NCBI GenBank assembly: GCA_947167345.1
Contig: CAMVHR010000004.1
Coordinates: forward strand, 41,793-105,792
Length of the DNA: 64,000 nucleotides
Direction: 5' to 3'
Source of the DNA: an uncultured Treponema sp.
GTDB taxonomy: Bacteria > Spirochaetota > Spirochaetia > Treponematales > Treponemataceae
Shown: in pieces, positions 57,435-64,000 of the stretch
Position numbering within the stretch: the stretch's first letter is position 1
Layout of the letters: each line of letters begins with the position of its first letter
Notes under the pieces: generated by a model
The model's database searches: none
Told to the model about the DNA's origin: nothing
The model's input: the letters and a program-made list of their open reading frames with translations, nothing else
Translations under genes and position numbers: made by a program

Positions 57435-58106
57435 ATGTCTTATAGTGTTTTGATTGTAGAAGATGATCCAATGGTTGCAATGATAAACGAGCAGTATGTG
57501 CGTAAGAACAAGCTGTTTACTGTATGTGGCTCCTGCCGCAACGGACAGGAGGCTCTGGATTTTCTGTCTGGGGCGAATGCTGATCTTGTAATCATGGATG
57601 TATACATGCCTTTTATGGATGGTGTTGAAACCCTTAAGCAGATAAGGGAAAAGAAAATCAATACCGAGATCATAATGGTAACTGCCGCAAATGATACTTC
57701 TACCTTGGAAAACACAATGCACCTTGGAGTGATTGACTACCTCATAAAGCCCTTCGCATACGAGAGGTTTCAGGTTGCGCTTGAAAAGTTTGCTGCAAAA
57801 ATGAGCGCCCTGCATGGTACATCCGTTTTAGACCAGAACAGTGTTGACAATATCATAACCAGTGCAAAAAAATGTGTAGTAAAAGACTATCCCAAAGGCA
57901 TTCAGGAAAAGACACTTGAGCTTATTCAGTCTTACATGTGTGGTCAGAATGGCTGGACTAGCGGCGACAGCATTGCTGAAAACGTAGGTCTTTCCGGTGT
58001 AACAGTGCGCCATTACATGAACTACATGGTAGAAGTAGGGATTGCTGTTCAGCGGATTAACTATGAAACTGGGGGCAGACCGTGCGTATTGTACAAACTC
58101 GACTAA
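57435..58106 (+). CDS. Response regulator, CitB/DcuR/MalR family
   Basis: VEDDPMV, IMDVYMP, DYLIKP; C-terminal HTH ...YETGGRP. Confidence 0.92.
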   Translation: MSYSVLIVEDDPMVAMINEQYVRKNKLFTVCGSCRNGQEALDFLSGANADLVIMDVYMPFMDGVETLKQIREKKINTEIIMVTAANDTSTLENTMHLGVIDYLIKPFAYERFQVALEKFAAKMSALHGTSVLDQNSVDNIITSAKKCVVKDYPKGIQEKTLELIQSYMCGQNGWTSGDSIAENVGLSGVTVRHYMNYMVEVGIAVQRINYETGGRPCVLYKLD

Positions 58107-58118
58107 ATGTTCTTTTTT

Positions 58119-58192
58119 CTTGCAAAATAATGCAATTATTTGCATAATTATGCATAATTATTGTTTACAATAACTAAATGATGAAGTATAAT
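58119..58192 (+). promoter_or_regulatory. Promoter with four 10-bp-phased TGCA motifs (two tandem TGCA-N6-TGCA boxes)
   Basis: TGCA at 58121, 58131, 58141, 58151; perfect palindrome TGCATAATTATGCA 58141-58154; TTTACA (58164)-N17-TATAAT (58187). Confidence 0.7.
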
Positions 58193-58211
58193 TAAAGCTG
58201 TTTTAACAGCT

Positions 58212-58694
58212 ATGAATTTTCAACCGGCGTTACAAAAAGTTATTCAGGCTTTCGAGCACTATTACACAATTAAGACTGAAAATGTTACCTCACCTTTTGC
58301 GGCAGAAGCCGAATTCCATTCTCACACGGAGCAGTATGTCCTTGTGCGTGCAGCCAAAATAGCAGACATAGATTCCAATGAATTTGTCTTTTTTGCCGAA
58401 GTTCCTGTCCTTACCGATCAAAAAATATCTGAACTTGACAGCCGTGCATGGGAAGAAGGTCTTTCGCGCGTAAAGCCATATTCAGGACACAGAAACACTG
58501 ATGTGGCTTTGATAATTGTAGCGGACAAAATAGAAGAAAACGTATTTAAGCAAATAAAGAAAATAAAACATTCCAAATCCTATTACTTTTCGTTATGGGG
58601 TTGGAGCAATTACAGGTTAATGGCGTATGAGGTTTCAACTGGAAGGACTGCAACCAACAGGCTCGGAACGGATTTGAAAAAGCTCGTGCGTTAA
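58212..58694 (+). CDS. Hypothetical protein
   Basis: 160-aa ORF between the promoter and cstA, co-oriented. Confidence 0.7.
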   Translation: MNFQPALQKVIQAFEHYYTIKTENVTSPFAAEAEFHSHTEQYVLVRAAKIADIDSNEFVFFAEVPVLTDQKISELDSRAWEEGLSRVKPYSGHRNTDVALIIVADKIEENVFKQIKKIKHSKSYYFSLWGWSNYRLMAYEVSTGRTATNRLGTDLKKLVR

Positions 58695-58734
58695 AAGGAT
58701 ATAATATCGATTTTATCTCTAGGAGGAGAAAAAA

Positions 58735-60501
58735 ATGACAGCATTACTTATTATTCTTGCTGCAATCGCTTTGCTCTTCATCGGCTATGTTTGTTACGGA
58801 TCATGGCTTGCAAAGCAGTGGGGCATTGACCCTAAGAAAAAGACGCCTGCAAATGAAATGACAGACGGCGTTGACTATGTTCCTGCAAAACCTGCGGTTC
58901 TTATGGGACATCACTTCTCATCAATTGCCGGTGCAGGTCCGATTAATGGCCCTATTCAGGCAGCCGTATTCGGTTGGGTTCCTGTATTCCTTTGGTGTGT
59001 TGTCGGAGGAATCTTCTTCGGTGGTCTTCAGGATTTTGGTTCTCTGTTTGCCTCTATCCGCCACGAAGGAAAGTCTGTCGGTGAAATCATTAAATCTTCA
59101 ATGGGCAAGACAGCTAAAAAGCTCTTCATCATTTTTGCCCTTTTGGTATTGATTCTTGTTATTGCATCGTTTGTAAATGTTGTTGCTGCGACATTCCTTA
59201 CAGCAGCAGATGCAAATCAGTTTGGATTTGTCCTTCATCCAACAGGAAATCAGACAACAGCAATGATTTCATTCCTTTTTATTGTTCTTGCTGTTATCTA
59301 CGGAATTATGACTAACCGTCTTGGTGTAAAGACTCTCCCAGCAACAATCGTTGGCATTGTAGCAATCGTAGGAATTGTCATTCTTGGATTGAATGTTGGT
59401 CTTGCTTTGAGCCGCAATGCATGGATTGTATTGATTGGTTTATATATTGCAGTAGCTTCTCTTATTCCTGTTTGGATTATGCTCCAGCCACGCGATTATC
59501 TTTCTTCATTCCTTCTTTATGCAATGATGCTTATTGCTTTGGTTGGAATTGTGTTTGCTGCATTTGCTGGTGGCTCTCGTGGCGTTCAGTTTGGTCTTCC
59601 TGCATTTACTGGCTGGAAAACAGCAATCGGAAATCTTTTCCCTGCATTGTTCATTACTGTTGCTTGTGGTGCATGTTCTGGATTCCACTCTTTGATTGCT
59701 TCTGGTACATCTTCAAAGCAGCTTGATAACGAAAAAAATGCAAAGGCTATTGGATATGGTTCTATGCTTATTGAGTCTGCACTTGGCATTATCTCTCTTA
59801 TTTCAATTGGAATTATTGTGGGCTCTATTAAAGACCAGACGTTCATTACAAAAAATGCTGCAGGTCTTATGGCATTTAAGGGATCTCCTGCCGCAGCATT
59901 TGGAGAAGGAATTGCATATCTGTTTGGCGACAAGTCAACAAATGCCTTTAATACAATAAAGGCATTGCTTACTCTTGCTGTTTCTGTTTTTGCCCTTACA
60001 TCTCTTGACTCTGCAACACGTCTGAGCCGTTTCATGTTCTCAGAACTGTTCTTGAAAGACAATGAAGCAACCTGGAAAGATGCAAAGAGCCCTGTCCGCA
60101 AGACTCTTGCAAATCCTATTGTTGGAACTGCATTCATGGTTATTGTTGGATGTGTTCTTGGTGGACTTTCACTTTCTCAGATTTGGGGCTTGTTCGGTTC
60201 TGCAAACCAGCTGCTTGCAGGCATTGCTTTGATGGCAGTTGCCGCTTGGCTTGGTCAGGTTGGAAAGAACAACAAGATGTTCTTTATTCCAACTGTATTC
60301 ATGCTTTGTGCAACACTTACACAGCTTGTAATTACTGTAATTGGAAAGGTTAAGATTTTCACTGGTGCCGTAAAGGGTACAGGTCCTATGTGGGGACACT
60401 GGTTCCAGTTCTTCTTTGCTGCTGCAATGGCTGTTCTTGCTGTTATCCTTGTAATTGAAGGCGTAAAGACATTCTCAAAGCAGGCAAAGAGCTCTAAGTA
60501 A
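58735..60501 (+). CDS. cstA: Carbon starvation protein A family transporter (peptide/pyruvate)
   Basis: DGVDYVP, GHHFSSIAGAGPI, ACGACSGFHSL, GYGSMLIE, LFGSANQLLA; AGGAGG SD. Confidence 0.95.
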   Translation: MTALLIILAAIALLFIGYVCYGSWLAKQWGIDPKKKTPANEMTDGVDYVPAKPAVLMGHHFSSIAGAGPINGPIQAAVFGWVPVFLWCVVGGIFFGGLQDFGSLFASIRHEGKSVGEIIKSSMGKTAKKLFIIFALLVLILVIASFVNVVAATFLTAADANQFGFVLHPTGNQTTAMISFLFIVLAVIYGIMTNRLGVKTLPATIVGIVAIVGIVILGLNVGLALSRNAWIVLIGLYIAVASLIPVWIMLQPRDYLSSFLLYAMMLIALVGIVFAAFAGGSRGVQFGLPAFTGWKTAIGNLFPALFITVACGACSGFHSLIASGTSSKQLDNEKNAKAIGYGSMLIESALGIISLISIGIIVGSIKDQTFITKNAAGLMAFKGSPAAAFGEGIAYLFGDKSTNAFNTIKALLTLAVSVFALTSLDSATRLSRFMFSELFLKDNEATWKDAKSPVRKTLANPIVGTAFMVIVGCVLGGLSLSQIWGLFGSANQLLAGIALMAVAAWLGQVGKNNKMFFIPTVFMLCATLTQLVITVIGKVKIFTGAVKGTGPMWGHWFQFFFAAAMAVLAVILVIEGVKTFSKQAKSSK

Positions 60502-60538
60502 AAATAGGTAACTTTACCCAATATTTATACACTTTTGA

Positions 60539-60580
60539 CAATGTGCGCTGCATGTTTTTGCAGCACACATTGTTTCTTTC
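60539..60580 (+). terminator. Intrinsic terminator after cstA
   Basis: CAATGTGCGCTGCA-N6-TGCAGCACACATTG (one mismatch) followed by TTTCTTTC. Confidence 0.7.
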
Positions 60581-60665
60581 AAAACGAATGAGCAGTTTTG
60601 CTTAAAAATATCCATAAATGCCGATAATTTAGGTAATGCGTTTTCATTGACAGGAAATGTAAAAA

Positions 60666-60977
60666 ATGGAAAAAAATGATATTAAGTTGTCTGAAGAATT
60701 CGTTTTGTCTCAAAAGTCGCTAAGGGAAGCCGTTGCCATGAGCCATGATGCAGAGGCGGCAAAGCTTTACAGGCTTATGTTCAACCATGAGAAGAATGTA
60801 TCTGTTCTTGATAGCTATGCAGAATTATTGCTTAACGCTCTGATTGGCTCTGAAAATAAATTTGTTGAAGAAGATTACAGGAATTACTTGAATTATTTGA
60901 AAACTGAAATTCCTTCTGATTACGAAACTCATCGGGTGATTTTTGATGAATATGCAGCATTAAAAAGTAGCGTTTAA
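60666..60977 (+). CDS. Hypothetical protein
   Basis: 103-aa acidic helical ORF with AGGA SD. Confidence 0.6.
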   Translation: MEKNDIKLSEEFVLSQKSLREAVAMSHDAEAAKLYRLMFNHEKNVSVLDSYAELLLNALIGSENKFVEEDYRNYLNYLKTEIPSDYETHRVIFDEYAALKSSV

Positions 60978-61504
60978 GTTTTTTCTCCAAACAGTTTTTT
61001 ATTTAATGCACTTAATCCTGTGAAAGGATTCCATTCCTTTTTTGAGTTGAACGTGATTGCACTTGAAAGTCCTACATGCCACATCAAATGACGGAACTGT
61101 GCCAGAATCAGTTCAAGTCTGGTATATTCACATCCTTCTGGTTTTTGCAACAATTCGGCAGAGGTGAGCTTTTCAAAATATGCATTTATTTTTGCCCTTA
61201 CATATTCAAGGTAATCCATAAGCTGTTTTCGTGAAATTACTATTGTTTTGTCAGATATGTAGCCTAGTCGTTGTGGATCAATTACGCTGAGATTTTCCTG
61301 AATGCCGAACAACTTTTCGCCCTCATAAACATAATCCATGGGATTTATGAAAAACCTGTCCATTGAATGCAGATAATGGAAAATGTAGCGGGAATTGTTT
61401 TCTCCGTCAAAGACTGTTTCCAAATCAGCCATGGCAAGCTGTTCTTTTATGTTGATAAAATTTATTTCCTGCTGATTTTTTATTTGCCTTATGATTTCTT
61501 CCAT
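60974..61504 (-). CDS. DinB/YfiT-like protein
   Basis: FHYLHSMD and FRHLMWHVG His pattern. Confidence 0.65.
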   Translation of the reverse strand: MEEIIRQIKNQQEINFINIKEQLAMADLETVFDGENNSRYIFHYLHSMDRFFINPMDYVYEGEKLFGIQENLSVIDPQRLGYISDKTIVISRKQLMDYLEYVRAKINAYFEKLTSAELLQKPEGCEYTRLELILAQFRHLMWHVGLSSAITFNSKKEWNPFTGLSALNKKLFGEKT

Positions 61505-61944
61505 AGTTCCTTCTGCAAATATATCATGTCTACAAGTTGAAGTCCAGCTTCAAAAATTGGATGGTCGTAGTTTTCTATAAAAAAATTTTTTACTGCATGA
61601 TGCCGCTTGAATCCGCATTTTTCATAAAATGGAATAGTAAGCGGACTGTCTCCTGTTCCAACTTGCAGCCTGTCATAATCATCATGAAACTTTTCTTCTA
61701 CAAATTCAATCAGCTTTTTGCCGTATCCTTTTCCATGACAGCCAGGTTTTGTTGCAATGTTCTTGATTTCAAGCGTACTGTCTCCTTCGTCTGTTACGAC
61801 GCATTCCGCTTTGATTCCGTCATCATCAAGGACAAACATGCGTCCCCTTTCAAGATAACGGTCAATCATGTCTTCCTGTTCGTCAGCCAGAAGCAACAGG
61901 TCAAGAAAATCCTTTTTGTTGTTTTTGATTTCTTTTATTTCCAT
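61489..61944 (-). CDS. GNAT acetyltransferase
   Basis: LLLLADEQ, EIKNIAT...HGKGYG, VGTGDS...FYEKCGF. Confidence 0.9.
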   Translation of the reverse strand: MEIKEIKNNKKDFLDLLLLADEQEDMIDRYLERGRMFVLDDDGIKAECVVTDEGDSTLEIKNIATKPGCHGKGYGKKLIEFVEEKFHDDYDRLQVGTGDSPLTIPFYEKCGFKRHHAVKNFFIENYDHPIFEAGLQLVDMIYLQKELWKKS

Positions 61945-63293
61945 AATTTAATCGTGTTGCAAGATTTTATCATTTCTTGTGCCATCTGCACAAAAGCTGT
62001 TTCCACCATGTCAGAATGCCTTGATGCAAATGCGTCCAGACTTAGTGCTAAAGATTCCATTGTATCTGCCCCCCCGATGACAGCCTCGCAGTATCCTTTT
62101 TCACGTTCCTGCTTTGCCGCAAGATTTTTAAGCTGATGCAAGTACAGCACAGCTTTTTCGTGATGCAGCATGTTCAGCTGCTCTTCTGTAAGCAGGGGGA
62201 GTTTTATGTTGCATACGCATTTCATTGAAGACGAATCTATTTCTTTGCCTGTCGCAATGGCATAAAGAATGTCTGGCACGGAAAGTCCTAGAGCGGCTGC
62301 ATAAGTTTCGCTCATGCCTGAAAGACGGGGATTTATTTCTATTATGTACCATTTCCCGTCTTTAAAAATCAAATCTACCTGTGCAACACCTGAAAAGTCC
62401 ATTTTGCAGGCAAGCTGTGCAAGGGCTTCCTTTAAGACTGAGACTCTATATTTTTCAGATGTAACAGGACCTAGCTTTATGCTTTGCTTGGGACTTGTAA
62501 TGCCGTATCTGTTTACCGAAAACATGCATGGAGGCATTACCTCATATTTTCCGTTACAGCCGTAAATCTCCGTGCCAAATGGAATGCCGTCAATGTATTC
62601 TTCTACAAGTCGATCGGAATTCGTTCTGCCTAGGTTCAGATAGTGTACAGCCTGCTTGTAGCTTACTGCAACTTCCATGCCGTAGGAACTTAACCCTACG
62701 GTGTCCTTTATGACAACAGGATAGTGCATGTCGCGAATCTGGCTTAAGACATAGTCTTTATATACATTCGTGCTAAGTTCCCGGTGACTTCGTTCGCACC
62801 AGTAAAGTTCATGATGCACATACACGGCATACGGAATATGCATTGTGTTGTCCATATTCATGCCAAGTCGGGAAAGCTGTTCGTGCGTGCGGAATTTGTC
62901 AAAGCATATAAGTGATGTGTTAAGGGGGTGGCATATAGTCTTTATGCCTGCTTTTTGCAGTATGTCTGCTACCATGCCGTCTTGAATTCCAAGCCAGTCA
63001 TACGGTGTCACCCAGAATGTTGCCGCAATGGCAATATCAGGCTTAAGCTCGATAATCTTTTCTGCCACCGCATTGCAAAGTACATACTCAATGTTATCTG
63101 CCTTGTGCGATAAGTCGTTACCGGAAATGTCAAGCAAAAACATTCCCGGCATCTGTGTTACTATTATGAATTTATGTTCTGGGTGCGAGAGTGCAAGATT
63201 CTGCCATCGCGTGGCATTTAGAGGGAAAGTCCGCACCTCAAAATCATCACCTTCGTAAACATTTGAGTTTGTACTATAGATTGCTATTGTCAT
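61935..63293 (-). CDS. ATP-grasp domain protein
   Basis: CFDKFRT, YPVVIKD..G.SS.G, LVEEYIDG, EINPRLSG. Confidence 0.85.
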   Translation of the reverse strand: MTIAIYSTNSNVYEGDDFEVRTFPLNATRWQNLALSHPEHKFIIVTQMPGMFLLDISGNDLSHKADNIEYVLCNAVAEKIIELKPDIAIAATFWVTPYDWLGIQDGMVADILQKAGIKTICHPLNTSLICFDKFRTHEQLSRLGMNMDNTMHIPYAVYVHHELYWCERSHRELSTNVYKDYVLSQIRDMHYPVVIKDTVGLSSYGMEVAVSYKQAVHYLNLGRTNSDRLVEEYIDGIPFGTEIYGCNGKYEVMPPCMFSVNRYGITSPKQSIKLGPVTSEKYRVSVLKEALAQLACKMDFSGVAQVDLIFKDGKWYIIEINPRLSGMSETYAAALGLSVPDILYAIATGKEIDSSSMKCVCNIKLPLLTEEQLNMLHHEKAVLYLHQLKNLAAKQEREKGYCEAVIGGADTMESLALSLDAFASRHSDMVETAFVQMAQEMIKSCNTIKLWK

Positions 63294-63299
63294 AAACTC

Positions 63300-64000
63300 T
63301 TACAGGTCATGCCACTGTGCGGCCGTTTCGTCTGCAATCTGAATGAGGATTACAAGGGGATTCTGCAGGAAGTTTGAGTAATTGTATCCTTCGGATTCGG
63401 ACAAATCTGAAAAACCCATGTGGCGGCTTACTGCTTCTATGACATGCCGTTTTTTTATGATGGATGGCATGATTTCCAAAAGCCTGAGTACGGATTCGTT
63501 TCCATGTCCAAGATTGCGCGAGTCGGAACGTGTCTTGTAGTTTGGAATTTTTTTCCAGTTTCCGAAAATGTCCTTCTGATTCCTGTATTCAATGCGGTAT
63601 GTGTCTGCCTTGCAAAAGTCATGGGAGATTGCACTTATGAAAATGTCTTCTGCACTTACAGTATAGGCATCCTTTAACCTGCACTGCCAGAAGTTTTCCA
63701 TGAATGGACGCGCAAGCAGCAGGGACTGGTGCAGTACTTTTAGGGAATGTGCGGCAAGCCCTCCTTCAAAGTTTCCGTGAAAGTGTGTTGATGCGGGGCT
63801 TTTTAGAAAATCGCTTTTTGAAAACATCCATTCCTTTAGGGCACTAGCTTCGCTTTTGTCTGCTACTATGAAGTCTGTCATTTGATCGAGGCACTGCTTT
63901 ACTGCCTGTGCATCTGGCTTGCCTTCATCATTGATAGGCTTAAGGTTGTCATATATGGAAAGTAGCTGCTCTATATCATTGAACAGCTGTTTTTTTTCGT
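63300..64000 (-). CDS. HD-domain protein, N-terminus beyond the right edge
   Basis: HGNFEGGLAAHS...HDFCK...GHGNES; frame stays open from 63881 to 63998 (EKKQLFND...CLDQ-MTDF), so the ORF-track start is internal. Confidence 0.82.
   Translation of the reverse strand, partial: EKKQLFNDIEQLLSIYDNLKPINDEGKPDAQAVKQCLDQMTDFIVADKSEASALKEWMFSKSDFLKSPASTHFHGNFEGGLAAHSLKVLHQSLLLARPFMENFWQCRLKDAYTVSAEDIFISAISHDFCKADTYRIEYRNQKDIFGNWKKIPNYKTRSDSRNLGHGNESVLRLLEIMPSIIKKRHVIEAVSRHMGFSDLSESEGYNYSNFLQNPLVILIQIADETAAQWHDL

Noticed and set aside
63300-63881. Stand-alone 193-aa HD protein, or a prophage edge
   Set aside because: The frame is open to the window edge, so the start is upstream; no phage structural or integrase genes are visible

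Overview
A 64-kb bacterial chromosomal window with no rRNA, tRNA, CRISPR array, integrase or IS transposase visible. Gene style (two MCPs, lipoproteins, Firmicutes-like metabolic genes, many apparently leaderless starts) suggests an anaerobic gut/rumen Treponema-like spirochete; this taxon is an inference. Left to right: partial MCP; SAM methyltransferase; a 23-bp phased repeat array next to an Rpn-family PD-(D/E)XK nuclease; gltB with a long leader attenuator and no gltD; TetR/DUF3737; an AT-rich toxin/defence-like islet at ~13.0-18.3 kb (HipBA, Fic broken by one stop codon, DUF1643, XRE, DUF3791-DUF3990-DUF3791); a ydjI-ydjG-ydjH-like envelope-stress cassette; GGDEF-EAL; MATE; racemase-GNAT fusion; MCP; nfeD-Nif11-like peptide-SPFH; an aryl-acid operon (iorAB, PptA-like tautomerase, GNAT-nitroreductase, paaK); a PotABCD-like transporter plus D-aminoacylase-like hydrolase; a 22-bp repeat array; an orphan LivK-like protein; a 12.2-kb aryl-polyene(APE)-like type II FAS/PKS cluster in apeE-apeR order, with two gene fusions and no apeA-D; a PQ-loop/SGNH fusion; a CitAB-like two-component system; cstA; and an HD/ATP-grasp/GNAT/DinB operon cut by the right edge. 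The strongest candidates for novelty are the APE-like cluster, the two phased repeat arrays, the Rpn internal-start signal, the Nif11-like peptide and the DUF3990 toxin triad. All family assignments come from motif recognition in the translations; no database search was run.
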